64,000 nt of DNA. Source: Patescibacteria group bacterium (GTDB lineage: Bacteria > Patescibacteriota > Microgenomatia > Daviesbacterales > UBA10151). The translations under genes were made by a program, and so were the position numbers. Below the pieces are notes generated by a model. That model had not been told where the DNA came from. It saw only the letters and a list, made by a program, of their open reading frames with translations, and did no database searches. How positions within the stretch are numbered: position 1 is the first letter of the stretch; every line of letters begins with the position of its first letter. This document shows positions 27,953 to 39,026 of this stretch, one piece after another. Location: contig JAMCSY010000004.1 in the NCBI GenBank assembly GCA_023379125.1, positions 58,479 through 122,478 of the forward strand. The letters are read 5' to 3'.

Positions 27953-28453
27953 ATGGCAAACGAACTAGTCAGAGAAAAAACGAAGCAAAAGTTTCTAGAT
28001 ATCCTCTCCGAAGAGGCAGGAGGTAATATCAGCGAGGCTTGTAAAGCAGTTGGTTTTAGCAGGCAAGCCATTAATGAATGGCGGTTAAACGACCATAGCT
28101 TTGATAATCGAGTACAACAGGCAATCTTAAACGGAAAAGAGGATCTAGCTGATTTAGCAGAAACACATCTACAAAAAAGAATTCGTAATGGGGACACAAC
28201 AGCAATTATTTTTACACTTAAATCTTTAAGACGAACATTTTTTGGGGAAAGAATTGAAGTCGAAACGGCAAAAAAGAGCAACAATGGTCGAGCTATTAGT
28301 TTAACTCCTGGCTTTTCAAAAACTCTGTTAGCAATCGGTTTAAAGCAAGCCCCGACTAACGTTCTTACCGAAGAGCAAAGAAAACAACTTAATGGATTAG
28401 TTGGAATTTTTGAAGATTATTATGATAATCTTAATGAAGACGATAAGTCTTAA
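27953..28453 (+). CDS. Terminase-small-subunit-like HTH protein
   Basis: GGNISEACKAVGFSRQAINEWRLNDHSFDNRVQQAI resembles terminase small subunit / Psq-type HTH proteins. Confidence 0.45.
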   Translation: MANELVREKTKQKFLDILSEEAGGNISEACKAVGFSRQAINEWRLNDHSFDNRVQQAILNGKEDLADLAETHLQKRIRNGDTTAIIFTLKSLRRTFFGERIEVETAKKSNNGRAISLTPGFSKTLLAIGLKQAPTNVLTEEQRKQLNGLVGIFEDYYDNLNEDDKS

Positions 28454-28459
28454 TTCAAT

Positions 28460-30289
28460 ATGAATAAATTCTTTATATATTGCCGAAAATCTTCAGAACA
28501 GGAAGATAGACAAGTTTTATCTTTACCTGGGCAAGCTCGAGAACTGCAAGAATACGCCAAAAGGGAAGGTTTGACGATTGTCGATACTTATCAAGAATCA
28601 AAAAGCGCACATTGGGCTGGCAGAATTGACTTTAATAACATGCTTATGAGGATTAGAAGCGGTGAAGGTAACGGAATAATAGTCTGGGACGAATCTAGAA
28701 TAGCTAGAAACGCTTTAGATAGCGGTACCGTAATCTATATGATCGATCTTCAGGAAATTGTAGAGATTAGGAAGCCTGGAAAAGTATATAAAAACACCCC
28801 TGACGATAAAAGTTGGTTAGCTATGTGTTTTATGATGTCTAAAAAGGAATCAGACGATAAAGGTGTGAGTGTAAAGAGAGGGCTAAAAACTAAAGCAGAA
28901 AAGGGTTATTTGCCTAGTGGAGCTAAAGCAGGTTATATGAACGATAAATATGCGGAAAAAGGTAATAAAACACTCTTAGTAGATCCCGTCAGATTCCCAC
29001 TTATAAAAAAGACGTGGGAAATGTTCTTAACTGGAATTTACAGCCCTCCACAAGTATTAAATAAGCTAAATGACGAATGGGGGTACAGAACTCCCCAACA
29101 TAAACGCATAGGTGGTAAACCAATGACAAGAAGTCAGATATATAAAACTTTAGCCGACCCTTTTTATTATGGAGTATTTGAATATCCCGAAGGTAGTGGA
29201 AATTGGTATCAGGGCAAACATGAACCCATGATAACCAAAGATGAGTTCGATAGAGCGCAAATGCTTCTTGGCAAAAAAGGTAGGCCAAGACCTAAAACCC
29301 ATGATTTTACCTATACAGGCTTACTTACTTGTGGCGAATGCGGAGCGATGATTACTGCTGAAGAAAAATATCAAGTCATATGTCCTGTTTGTAAATTAAA
29401 GTTTGCCTCTCTCAATAAAGATAGCTGTCCGGAGTGCAAAACAAGAATTGAAGATATGATTAAACCAACACTTCTTCACTACACTTATTACCACTGCACC
29501 AAACGTAAGAAAAAAACATGCTCACAGCTAGGCATTCGTCTCGAAAAAATGGAGGCTCAAATTGAGGGATTATTATCCCGAATCCAAATATCAGAGCGCT
29601 TCAAAAATTGGGCGATTAAGTATTTAAATGAACTGAACGTTATTGAAACTGAAGATAGAGACGTGATCTTAAAATCACAACAAGAAGCTTATGATGATGT
29701 GGTTAAACGAATTGATAACTTAATAAAGCTTAAGATCTCACCTCAAAACACCGATGGTTCATTACTCTCCGATGATGATTTTAAGAGACAAAAAGAGGAT
29801 TTAATGAAAGAAAAGTCTACGTTACAAGAAAAACTCGGAGACACAGACAATCGTATAAATAAGTGGGTAGAGTTATCAGAAAAAACGTTCAACTTTGCAT
29901 GCCATGCTCGCTATTGGTTTGCTAATGGCGACACAGAAACGAAAAAGCAGATATTAATGGGGATAGGTTCGAACCTAACGCTAAAAGATAAAACTGTGCT
30001 TGTAGACCTAGAAAAACCATTACAGTTTATAGAAGAAGCTAAAAACGAAGTACCGGAAATATCACCAATGTTCGAACCTACAAAAAAGGGCCTCACTGAG
30101 ACCCAATTAGGGGTTTTATATTCTCAAAATCCAACTCTGCTCCCTAGCCCTAAGGATATTATACTGCCCCAATTTGAGGCTATTTTAAAGGCATTTACTA
30201 ACCCTATTTGGATGGGAGAAATGCGCGTTCGATGGAATGAAATTAAGAAATTAAGCCGAGAACCTAATCCGGCACTTGTAGTAGCATGA
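28460..30289 (+). CDS. Large serine recombinase (integrase)
   Basis: N-terminal resolvase catalytic domain (IYCRKSSEQEDRQVLSLPGQ), recombinase domain, Cys4 zinc ribbon (CGECGAM...CPVCK...CPECK) and a C-terminal coiled coil. Confidence 0.85.
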   Translation: MNKFFIYCRKSSEQEDRQVLSLPGQARELQEYAKREGLTIVDTYQESKSAHWAGRIDFNNMLMRIRSGEGNGIIVWDESRIARNALDSGTVIYMIDLQEIVEIRKPGKVYKNTPDDKSWLAMCFMMSKKESDDKGVSVKRGLKTKAEKGYLPSGAKAGYMNDKYAEKGNKTLLVDPVRFPLIKKTWEMFLTGIYSPPQVLNKLNDEWGYRTPQHKRIGGKPMTRSQIYKTLADPFYYGVFEYPEGSGNWYQGKHEPMITKDEFDRAQMLLGKKGRPRPKTHDFTYTGLLTCGECGAMITAEEKYQVICPVCKLKFASLNKDSCPECKTRIEDMIKPTLLHYTYYHCTKRKKKTCSQLGIRLEKMEAQIEGLLSRIQISERFKNWAIKYLNELNVIETEDRDVILKSQQEAYDDVVKRIDNLIKLKISPQNTDGSLLSDDDFKRQKEDLMKEKSTLQEKLGDTDNRINKWVELSEKTFNFACHARYWFANGDTETKKQILMGIGSNLTLKDKTVLVDLEKPLQFIEEAKNEVPEISPMFEPTKKGLTETQLGVLYSQNPTLLPSPKDIILPQFEAILKAFTNPIWMGEMRVRWNEIKKLSREPNPALVVA

Positions 30290-30855
30290 TTAACTTAAAA
30301 GACCCTAATGTTAAATTGGATAAAAACGGCTTACCAAAAATAAAGCCTCTAACTGACGCGCAAAAGAAAAAGTTTGAAGAATGGGATAAAGAAGCGGCTA
30401 AACCGGTACGACCTGACGGAATAGCTAAAGACCCCGCACTAAGGGAAGCAAGAGGCTTATACGTCGATAACGGCTTATATGTTCAATCCTCCGTCCACTA
30501 TAACGATGCCGATTATGTTCCAAAAGTTAGAAATGAACTTATTCAAGAGTTTAACGCAACAAATAAGGCAGAATTATTGTTGGTTGATATGGTTACAAAC
30601 GCTTATTTTGGCTATATGCGATCATCAAAAGCGCTTATGCTATTTATCGAGGACAATGATGGTCGAAGGGATTTCGATAGTCAAACCTGGATAAACATGA
30701 TGAAGGAGCTAGGAAAAATAGTTGATATGGCTAATAGGCACTTTACAACGTCTTTAACTTGCCTTAAAGAGTTCCGCCAGCAACCAGTTAAAGTTAAAGT
30801 ACATGCTAAAGAAGCTTTCATAGCTAATAATCAGCAGTTTAATAAAAATGCTTAA
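30286..30855 (+). CDS. Hypothetical protein
   Basis: 189-aa ORF overlapping the recombinase stop. Confidence 0.4.
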   Translation: MINLKDPNVKLDKNGLPKIKPLTDAQKKKFEEWDKEAAKPVRPDGIAKDPALREARGLYVDNGLYVQSSVHYNDADYVPKVRNELIQEFNATNKAELLLVDMVTNAYFGYMRSSKALMLFIEDNDGRRDFDSQTWINMMKELGKIVDMANRHFTTSLTCLKEFRQQPVKVKVHAKEAFIANNQQFNKNA

Positions 30856-30875
30856 TGATTTAGGAAAATATTTTT

Positions 30876-31214
30876 ATGAGCCGCCTCTCTGTTGAAGAAT
30901 GTCAAAAGTTGTATATCACTAGCCTTAAAAACTCCTTAACTAGCGGAATAATTCTTGATATAAACGGCGTACCGGTTAGTTTAGTAACTACAAAATGCCA
31001 TTATGGCGGTGTACGGTTTTGGTTCTCTTGCCCTGGTTGCCATAAGAGAGTTGGGGCTTTATACCGTAAACCTCTTGCTCAATATTTTTTATGCAGGCAT
31101 TGTTTAGGATTAGTTTATCAGCTTACTATTAAGCGCCGTTCAAAGGATGAGGGTTGGATAAAATTACTTCATTCTTTCCGAAATTTACCTGTTTATCATA
31201 AAACTAGTGCATAA
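30876..31214 (+). CDS. Small zinc-ribbon protein
   Basis: CPGCHKR...CRHC forms a CxxC...CxxC motif. Confidence 0.4.
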   Translation: MSRLSVEECQKLYITSLKNSLTSGIILDINGVPVSLVTTKCHYGGVRFWFSCPGCHKRVGALYRKPLAQYFLCRHCLGLVYQLTIKRRSKDEGWIKLLHSFRNLPVYHKTSA

Positions 31215-31268
31215 TAAAAGTAGTAGGATTGTCTTTTAAAAGTCTGTATACTAAATATAGGTGCCATT

Positions 31269-31958
31269 ATGGATGAATTTACTTTTGTAAAACTTCTAAA
31301 ACAAATTTTCACCCAGGAAGGCTTCTTAGCAAAAAGAGAAATAGGAGTAGGTTATGGAGTTGCTGATTTAGTTTTAATCAAAAACACGGCCATAAACAGC
31401 AATAACTGCTCAATCAGAAAAAACCATAAACAATACACTCCACTCCTAAATGAAAAGTATTTCCAAACGTTAAAGGTGTTACCTGACGAAAATGACCAAG
31501 ACAAATCCCTCCCATTTAGTCTTATAGCTAAACAAACAAACTTCTCCGAAAGCTACTTGCGTTACACCATCCTTAAAAAATTGGAAAGGCACGGTTACGT
31601 TAAAAAGGACGGCAATAAAAAGTATTTTAAAGTTAACGGTTGGTTGCCAATAGCCAATGAGGTAATAGCTATTGAGGCTAAACTGAAGGATTGGAAAAGA
31701 GGCGCGATACAAGCAAATAGGTATAGGGCATTTGCTAATAAGGTTTATTTAGCTATTCCTAAAGAAACGGAACGATTAGTTGACAAAAAATTCCTAAAGA
31801 AAATTAACGTCGGCTTAATTATTTTAGACGTAGAGAAAAATGCTAAAAGAACGGTTATCGCTAGTAAGAAGTTTAAACCCTTAGACGAATATAAACACCA
31901 TTTAGCGGCAGAATATTTCTGGAATAAAAGAGAGTTAATAAATTTTACCCAAATTTAG
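31269..31958 (+). CDS. Hypothetical protein
   Basis: 229-aa ORF. Confidence 0.4.
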   Translation: MDEFTFVKLLKQIFTQEGFLAKREIGVGYGVADLVLIKNTAINSNNCSIRKNHKQYTPLLNEKYFQTLKVLPDENDQDKSLPFSLIAKQTNFSESYLRYTILKKLERHGYVKKDGNKKYFKVNGWLPIANEVIAIEAKLKDWKRGAIQANRYRAFANKVYLAIPKETERLVDKKFLKKINVGLIILDVEKNAKRTVIASKKFKPLDEYKHHLAAEYFWNKRELINFTQI

Positions 31959-32384
31959 CTTCTCTAGGCTGTCTATAAACCTTTTCCCCGTTACCGCTCT
32001 GATACCATCATAGTTTTTAATATCCAAAACGTCCTTATCCCCAGAAATTATTATTTGAGCGCCGCATGCTTTAGCAACTCGAAACCAAATATCATCGTCT
32101 TTATCACGGGTAATACTCACTCCTTCCAGCACTTCGTATGGTTCAACGATTTTTATAAGCGATCGGTAATCAAGAACTAACTTTTCAGGAGTATATATTT
32201 GTTTTTTCCAATATTTTTGGACCCTTTTAACTAGGATTTTTTCCTTAAATTCAGCAAAGGTTTCCTCACTGCCATACAGCACTATTTTCTTTGCTAAGGA
32301 CAAGTTAAGTATTTTCCGAGGATATCCGGGAAACCCTAACATACCGGAGAGCATTATGTTTGTGTCTGGAACTACTTTTATCAT
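31935..32384 (-). CDS. PIN-domain nuclease (PIN_3 family toxin-like), last gene of the R-M operon
   Basis: MIKVVPDTNIMLS ... DKDDDIWFRVAKACGAQIIISGDKDVLDI matches the PIN_3 acidic-residue pattern. Confidence 0.65.
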   Translation of the reverse strand: MIKVVPDTNIMLSGMLGFPGYPRKILNLSLAKKIVLYGSEETFAEFKEKILVKRVQKYWKKQIYTPEKLVLDYRSLIKIVEPYEVLEGVSITRDKDDDIWFRVAKACGAQIIISGDKDVLDIKNYDGIRAVTGKRFIDSLEKLNLGKIY

Positions 32385-33574
32385 TGTTCATTATCAAGTT
32401 CATTTAGTAATTGATTTAGGGAAGCTTCATCACTTTCAGTCATATATTCCCAATCACTAGCAGTATCAAGAACAGCAATCCATCGTTGTAAGTGATCGGT
32501 TTTAAACGGCGAGGCGTAATCCCTAACATATTGGCCAACAAGCGATACCGCACTTTGAAGACTACTTTTCATTAACTTAATACGCTCTTCACGACTAAGA
32601 GGCGCTAAACTATCCATCACCGCCATTCGTCTTTCAAGGAAATGCAACTTCTTATTTTTCGCGTCATTTGGTATACCACCATTACAGTAAGAGCAACTAC
32701 ACTGATAACCGATTTTCTTAAGCTCGACATCGTTAGCGTAATCAAATATTTCCGGTACATATGTCCAGCCACCATTTCTTCCAAATCCCTTTTTACGAGC
32801 CTCAAGGTTTTTAACGGAAAATGTTTCACCGGCACCTAAACCGCTTGAAAAACCACTTCCCCCTATTGCGCTAAGTACCTCGCCGAAACCACCAAGGTGT
32901 TTGGTAAATACATATTTGTCTTTGGATAATTGGAATACTAAATCAGCTAAACCGATGAGGTGGTCTAAGTCTGCCTTACGGGCATCAAGGTCGTTAATAG
33001 TAACAAAATATCCAGCAATTTTGTCTTTAAAGTCGCCGCTGTACATGTCAACCACATAGTTCCTGACCTGTGGCCTCAACAAAACTCCGCCGCCGAGGTT
33101 AATACTGGCAAAAACCGGTTTCTGAATATGCTGCTCTTCTAAATACCTTAAAGTTTCGGAAAGTAGAGTTAAATTAAGGGTAAATTTAATATCATCGGTG
33201 TCCTCGCTATAAAAAGCAGGTGCAACAATAACACAGGCATTGGCGTTAACTTGAGAGGTAACCGCCGGAATTATTACCTTATTTAACCTTTCAGTAGCGT
33301 TACTATAAAGAGTTTCGGGGACAATATTGTCGCCGTAAGACAGCTTTTTATAATTCTTTTTGTTCCGTGCGCCGGGATAAAGTAATTGAACCGTTGCAGG
33401 ATCAACGATAATAGGTTCTCCCAATTCAACGGCTTTTTGCGCTACCACAGGCCGCCACACAGTGTGATGTAAGTCCATCAATACCACTGGAACTTCAATT
33501 CCAGCTTCAAATATGCTTAAATCCGCAATTTTCGGTATAAAAATCGGCAATTTGCTAAATAATTGGTCGCTCAT
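32381..33574 (-). CDS. Hypothetical 397-aa protein between hsdS and the PIN gene
   Basis: Overlaps both neighbours by 4 bp; Gly-rich segment GGFGEVLSAIGGSGFSSGLGAGE; CSCSYCNGG. Confidence 0.5.
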   Translation of the reverse strand: MSDQLFSKLPIFIPKIADLSIFEAGIEVPVVLMDLHHTVWRPVVAQKAVELGEPIIVDPATVQLLYPGARNKKNYKKLSYGDNIVPETLYSNATERLNKVIIPAVTSQVNANACVIVAPAFYSEDTDDIKFTLNLTLLSETLRYLEEQHIQKPVFASINLGGGVLLRPQVRNYVVDMYSGDFKDKIAGYFVTINDLDARKADLDHLIGLADLVFQLSKDKYVFTKHLGGFGEVLSAIGGSGFSSGLGAGETFSVKNLEARKKGFGRNGGWTYVPEIFDYANDVELKKIGYQCSCSYCNGGIPNDAKNKKLHFLERRMAVMDSLAPLSREERIKLMKSSLQSAVSLVGQYVRDYASPFKTDHLQRWIAVLDTASDWEYMTESDEASLNQLLNELDNEQ

Positions 33575-34926
33575 AATTGTTCACTACTAAATGTCTTTGA
33601 TAACACAGCTTGTGTTAACTTTGCAACTTTTAACTCAGCTCTTTCAATTTGTTTCTCAACTTGGTTAGCAATATCAAAGTAAAATTTTACTTGGCGTACT
33701 ATTTCTTCCTGTTCTGCTAGAGAACAAAATGGTACTTCAAACTTTCCGAGTTTTTGAGCATTGATGTTTGATTGACTGACACCGTCCGTCTTTACTTGAT
33801 AGCAGAAATCGCGGGCATACTGTGAATTAAGGCAATAATTTAAATATTCGGAATTAAGCTCAGGAAAATTGTTTATTTTTATAAGGTATCCGGCAAATAT
33901 TGCCTCATGTTCACCTCTGTAAATACTTGTTTTGCCAACTAACTCGGGACTATTCGTACGATTAAACAGTACGTTGCCGGTTTTCAGTTTATATTTTTCA
34001 ATTTCGTCTGGGTCTGATGTGTAGACCAAACTTTCCCAATCAATTTCACCATTTTGTAAATTACCCATACGTAACACGGGTATTTTTCCTTCGGGGTTTG
34101 ACTTCGCCGAGGTTCCATACTGAAACCCTTCGCAAAGTTTATCCAATGCTACAAGTTCCCACTCATCGGGCAAATCAGCGATATTATTTTCTTCCTCGTA
34201 AGAATATATCGTTTCAATTTTCTTTTTCTCTGTACTCGTGGCCTTGCTTAGCCGTCGAGCTTTAAGGTCGTCAACTACCTTTTTGGTTGATTCTTGTTGG
34301 TTTTTTTCTCTCCACTCCTCAGTAAGCCTGCCTGTTATCGCGGCGGATATAATGGCTTGTCGAAATTTCTGTACCAATTTTTTGGCCTTTTTAATCCCTT
34401 TAAGCGAAAGACTAATTTTATTAATATCATTTTCTAACTTTTCTGCTACGATGTGCTGAAGTGCGATGTCCTCTGGATATGAAATTTCTAGTTCTTCGAA
34501 TGCCCGTTTTGAAATACCCGTAAAGGTTGAACCCTGTCCTTTTTCTTCAAGGAGAGGTTTTACAACTTGAGCAAAATAAAAAAGAAATATACTATCGATT
34601 CGATTGTTTGGCCTTAAGGAAGCTAAACCTCTACCAATACAGCACTTTTCCGCAGCCATGTTTACATCACCTATGGGAGCTCTTACCGATACTAATACAT
34701 CCCCTTTTTCTGCTATTTTTTTAGGTTCGTTGGTATAAACCGTTACTTTTGGGTATTTAATTCCAAAATCCTTATTTCCTTGGAAAAAAGGTAGACCATT
34801 GCCTTTTTTGTTATACGAAGACGATGGGGGCGATTGTCCCATTATAATTTGAGCAACGTCTGGTAGTGGATTAGTTACCCAAACATCATTAGGTCTATTT
34901 TGTTGTTCCGTTTTCGAGTTCTGCAT
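33571..34926 (-). CDS. hsdS: Type I restriction-modification specificity subunit
   Basis: 451 aa with two target-recognition-domain-like halves separated by conserved helical spacers; sits directly after hsdM. Confidence 0.75.
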   Translation of the reverse strand: MQNSKTEQQNRPNDVWVTNPLPDVAQIIMGQSPPSSSYNKKGNGLPFFQGNKDFGIKYPKVTVYTNEPKKIAEKGDVLVSVRAPIGDVNMAAEKCCIGRGLASLRPNNRIDSIFLFYFAQVVKPLLEEKGQGSTFTGISKRAFEELEISYPEDIALQHIVAEKLENDINKISLSLKGIKKAKKLVQKFRQAIISAAITGRLTEEWREKNQQESTKKVVDDLKARRLSKATSTEKKKIETIYSYEEENNIADLPDEWELVALDKLCEGFQYGTSAKSNPEGKIPVLRMGNLQNGEIDWESLVYTSDPDEIEKYKLKTGNVLFNRTNSPELVGKTSIYRGEHEAIFAGYLIKINNFPELNSEYLNYCLNSQYARDFCYQVKTDGVSQSNINAQKLGKFEVPFCSLAEQEEIVRQVKFYFDIANQVEKQIERAELKVAKLTQAVLSKTFSSEQL

Positions 34927-36325
34927 ATATTTGCTCTAAACTATTGGTTGCTTCCTTTAGCTCTGATAAAGCATCGGTTATAAGCTCTTCCGGCTCACCA
35001 ATTTCTTCACTATCCTCAATGTCCTCCTCCTTGAGCCACTTAAAACTATCAAGTTTGTAATTTTTGTCCTTTACCTGTTGCATCGTAAATTTCTTCCAAC
35101 GATTTTCATTTGAGTCGTTTTCATTTCGCGATGATTGCCCATTCGCATTTTCGCCATAACATTTTTCAAACTCGGTAAAGTGTGCCGGAGTTAATGGTCT
35201 GTCTTTTTTAGTAATTCCCGGCACATTTGTACGCGCGTCATATATCCAGACATTTTCAGTCGGCATACCCTTAACAAAAAACACAACATTAGCTTTTACA
35301 CCCTGGCTGTATGGGGTGAATGTTCCTCGGGGTAAACGTAAAATTGTATGCAAATTACAGTCCTGCATTAGAAGTTTAAATACTTCCGCTGCTTGGTCGC
35401 CGAAAAGTACGTTGTCCGGTAGCACAACGGCCGCACGGCCACCTGGTTTAAGGATTGTTAGTATGTGCTGGACAAAATTTAGTTGCTTATTACTTGTACC
35501 TACAGTAAAGTCCTGGCGTTCGGGTATTTGGTTAGCGCCTTTAGTACCGAATGGAGGATTAGTTAGGACTACATCGTAACGATCGCCCTTATCAGGTTCA
35601 TAAATAGAGTCGCCTAAGCGGATATGTGATTCAATACCGTGTAAGTATAGGTTCATTAACGCTAGTCTTCGCGGTCTTGCTACTAATTCAGTTCCAAAAT
35701 AAGTCTTTTTCCTTATCCGTTCTAAGTCTTCACGGTTAATCGCGCTTCCTGTTTGTTGTAAAAACCATTCGTAAGCGCTTAATAAAAAGCCGCCTGTTCC
35801 AGCTGCCGGATCACATATAGTAAAGTCTTTGGCTGTCCGAGGATCAGGCTTCATTACACTAACTATGGATTGAATTAAAACACGCGGGGTAAAGTATTGG
35901 CCTGCGCCTTTTTTACCTTCGGCGGCTGACTTTTCCAGCAACCCTTCGTAAGCTTGGGCTTTAACATCAATGTTTAATCCTGTCCATTCAATTTCATCAA
36001 TCAAGTCTATTAACCTTTTCAGGTTTACCGGCTTAGTAAATTTTGATAATGCCTCGGCAAATATTGCGCCTAATAATCCTTCCTGTTTGGCTAATCCGCG
36101 TAAAAGCTCACTATAAAAATCGGTTAACTCTGTACCGGCTTTTGATTTCAATACTGACCATGAATACTCTTTAGGAATTACTGCTCCTCTTTCCTCAGCC
36201 ATTTTAAGAAACAGTAAATAAGTTAGCTGTTCAACGTAATCGCCGTAATCCATCCCGTCATGGCGGAGAACATGGCAGTATCCCCATAATTTGTTAACAA
36301 TGTTTGTGTTAGTTTGCATAGGCAT
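34895..36325 (-). CDS. hsdM: Type I R-M N6-adenine DNA methyltransferase subunit
   Basis: LTNPPFG catalytic motif, AdoMet-binding DPAAGTGGFL and an HsdM N-terminal domain. Confidence 0.9.
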   Translation of the reverse strand: MPMQTNTNIVNKLWGYCHVLRHDGMDYGDYVEQLTYLLFLKMAEERGAVIPKEYSWSVLKSKAGTELTDFYSELLRGLAKQEGLLGAIFAEALSKFTKPVNLKRLIDLIDEIEWTGLNIDVKAQAYEGLLEKSAAEGKKGAGQYFTPRVLIQSIVSVMKPDPRTAKDFTICDPAAGTGGFLLSAYEWFLQQTGSAINREDLERIRKKTYFGTELVARPRRLALMNLYLHGIESHIRLGDSIYEPDKGDRYDVVLTNPPFGTKGANQIPERQDFTVGTSNKQLNFVQHILTILKPGGRAAVVLPDNVLFGDQAAEVFKLLMQDCNLHTILRLPRGTFTPYSQGVKANVVFFVKGMPTENVWIYDARTNVPGITKKDRPLTPAHFTEFEKCYGENANGQSSRNENDSNENRWKKFTMQQVKDKNYKLDSFKWLKEEDIEDSEEIGEPEELITDALSELKEATNSLEQIYAELENGTTK

Positions 36326-39011
36326 ATACCTGTGGCATACTTGCGTTTAGCTCGCTTATAAACGGTAATAACTTATTGTCAAAATCATCGTTAATGCGCT
36401 TAAAATTGCCGCCTAAGTTAATAAATATCGGCATATCGTCAAAGTCTTCCGGCTCAATGGTTAGGTTTTCAACTAAATGTAGTTTTATTAGCTCCAACCA
36501 TTTTCGTTGCTTATCGGTTAGGTTTTTACCACCGATTACTTTTTCCATTGCCAGGTCTACACGTTCTTTAGCCGATAACAACGGCTCGTCTTTAGCGGCG
36601 TGTTTGACCATAGAAATAATATCAGCTAAGGGGTATTTATAAGCGCGGCGTAGGTTACTTTCGGTAAAGCGCTCCGGTTGTTCGGCTAATGATTGTCTAA
36701 GTTCTTTCAGCGCTTCGGTATTCCATGCCTGCGGCTTTTGTAAAACTATACTTATAGCTTCAATATGCTCTGGGTTGTCCTTTACAAACTGCTCAAATTG
36801 TTGGATATAATCCTCAGGTTTTAACTCGCGCCCGTCAGTTGTCCTAAACACATACTGCGATCCAACGGTGTCTTCCTGTTCAATCGCCCTTATAAACCGT
36901 TTTGGCGGCCTTGGGTAGTTTTTCAGTAGGTCAATAAACTTAGGATCGGTTAATACTTTCAACGTACCCACTCTATCCTCCGCCAGTTTATCAGGTAAAT
37001 TTTTTGCAAAAGCGCTTATATCACCATCAGTAATATACTTCGCAAACATTTCCCGGCCTTCGGCGGTAATGTTTTTGGCTATTCGTTGTAGTCTTTTAAC
37101 TAAACATCGGGTGTTGTATTCAACATCAACGTTGTTATTAATCGCGTTTATTATTTCCTCAATCGTACGGGTAGGGTTAACCGGCGTTACTTGGGTAATA
37201 CCGGTACTATTTTTAAAGGCTTCTAGTAGGGTTCCGTCAAAACAGTCAAATACGGTAAAGTGAGTTTTGGGTGGTGTGCCTAACCCATTAGGGAAATTAC
37301 TGCATAAACGCGTACCGCGTCCAAGCATTTGTTCAAACAAAATGCGGGACTTTACCGGCCTTAAAAATATAATGTTTTCTATTGCCGGTATATCAACTCC
37401 GGTTGAAAGCATATCAACGGTTACTACTATGTGCGGCTCTGGGCGATTTCTAAACTCTTTGATACGGGTTAACGGCCTATCAACTGTTGGTGAACCGGTT
37501 ATTTTCTGAACAAAAGCATCGCCTCTGCCAAATACATCACGGCAAATATCAACGAGTTGATCGGCATGGGAAGTGTGGGATAAATCGTTATCAGCAAATA
37601 TTAAAGTCTTTGGAAAACGGCCGGTTTCTTCCTCTTGTTGTAAAGCGTACTTTGCAAACTCTTGGATTATTTTGCGGTTACTATCAGGTGCGGTAATATC
37701 CCGCTCAACTTCAGTAACTTCAAAATGGCGTTCATCCTCAAGTAAATCAAGCTGTTGCGCGCCGGTATTCGGATCAACTTGTTCAACTTCTTCCCCCTCT
37801 TTTAAGGTAATCCCCTCAAGGCGGACACCGGAGGAAATTTTGACAGCATCATAATCAACTAAGTAACCGTCTTGTACTGCTTGTTCATAGGTATAACGGT
37901 AAGCAATTTCTTTAAAATAACTTGTGGTATGGGCGGCAGGAGTAGCGGTTAATCCGATTTTAACAGCGTCAAAATGGTCTAAGACACCGCGCCATTTGCT
38001 TATTTCTTGTGAAGTATAACCGCGGTGGCATTCATCAGCGATAATCGTATCAAAAGCGTTAATCGGCATATCAATTTTATCGGCATCATCATCGGGATCG
38101 TAATCACCGCTATAACTAAACATACCCTCTCGGCCGTAAAGGTTTATTTGCATCCGTTGGATCGTTGAAACATAAACAAAAACTTGGTTTCCGTCAGGAT
38201 CAGTTAAGTAAGCGGTTGGGATTACATTAAAATCAACCTTTTCATTACTGTCAAAATCATCAATTTTAAAACGTTGGCTATACACCTGATAAATTTGGTT
38301 AAACTTCAAACCGTTTTCTGCCTCATAAGCGGCAAACTCCATGACGGCTTGGGCGGCTAAGGCTTTTCTATCAACTAAAAATAGTATTCGTTTACTTGTA
38401 CCGGACTTTAATAAACGATAAATAAGCGAAGCTACGGTAAAGGTTTTGCCTGTACCGGTTGCCATAGCGACAAGCATTGAACGCTTATTATCGGTAATCG
38501 TTTTTTCGATCGCGGTTATAGCATCACGTTGATAATAGCGTAGCTTTCCCTCTGCGGGTGGGTTTTGGGCAAACCATTTTGTATTTTCGTAAGCGTCATT
38601 ATTAAGGTATTCAATTAAGGCTTTAGGTGTATGGAACTCCTGTATTTGCCGAGAACGGCTAGGGTTATGTCTTAAGTCTTGGAACCATATAACCTCACCG
38701 TTAGTTGAGTATATAAACGGAACCTCAATTCCGCTTTGCCCAGCTCCTTTAACGTAGCGCTGAGCTTGTTGGAGAACATTTTGGGGACCTAAGGATATTT
38801 TCTTAGCTTCAACGAAAGCGACTAGCTTCCCATTAGCAAAAAGTGCGTAATCAACCGGTCCGGTTGCCGTCATGTATTCTTCAACGGCGGTTTTGTGTAA
38901 GTTTGTGGTGTCTAAACCTTCCTCATAACGGATTATTTTATCCCAACCCGACTTTTTAAGTTTTTCGTCGATCCACTTCTTACGAGTGGTCTGCTCGTCG
39001 ATAATTTCCAT
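36309..39011 (-). CDS. hsdR: Type I restriction enzyme R subunit (helicase-nuclease)
   Basis: Walker A MATGTGKTFT, DEAH-box IIADECHRG and the helicase C-terminal QMLGRGTR motif. Confidence 0.9.
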   Translation of the reverse strand: MEIIDEQTTRKKWIDEKLKKSGWDKIIRYEEGLDTTNLHKTAVEEYMTATGPVDYALFANGKLVAFVEAKKISLGPQNVLQQAQRYVKGAGQSGIEVPFIYSTNGEVIWFQDLRHNPSRSRQIQEFHTPKALIEYLNNDAYENTKWFAQNPPAEGKLRYYQRDAITAIEKTITDNKRSMLVAMATGTGKTFTVASLIYRLLKSGTSKRILFLVDRKALAAQAVMEFAAYEAENGLKFNQIYQVYSQRFKIDDFDSNEKVDFNVIPTAYLTDPDGNQVFVYVSTIQRMQINLYGREGMFSYSGDYDPDDDADKIDMPINAFDTIIADECHRGYTSQEISKWRGVLDHFDAVKIGLTATPAAHTTSYFKEIAYRYTYEQAVQDGYLVDYDAVKISSGVRLEGITLKEGEEVEQVDPNTGAQQLDLLEDERHFEVTEVERDITAPDSNRKIIQEFAKYALQQEEETGRFPKTLIFADNDLSHTSHADQLVDICRDVFGRGDAFVQKITGSPTVDRPLTRIKEFRNRPEPHIVVTVDMLSTGVDIPAIENIIFLRPVKSRILFEQMLGRGTRLCSNFPNGLGTPPKTHFTVFDCFDGTLLEAFKNSTGITQVTPVNPTRTIEEIINAINNNVDVEYNTRCLVKRLQRIAKNITAEGREMFAKYITDGDISAFAKNLPDKLAEDRVGTLKVLTDPKFIDLLKNYPRPPKRFIRAIEQEDTVGSQYVFRTTDGRELKPEDYIQQFEQFVKDNPEHIEAISIVLQKPQAWNTEALKELRQSLAEQPERFTESNLRRAYKYPLADIISMVKHAAKDEPLLSAKERVDLAMEKVIGGKNLTDKQRKWLELIKLHLVENLTIEPEDFDDMPIFINLGGNFKRINDDFDNKLLPFISELNASMPQVYAYAN

Positions 39012-39026
39012 AAATTTTTATGCTTA

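Noticed and set aside
34017-37854. Plus-strand ORFs of 64-93 aa inside hsdS, hsdM and hsdR
   Set aside because: They are antisense to well-supported R-M genes and have no RBS or domain signal.
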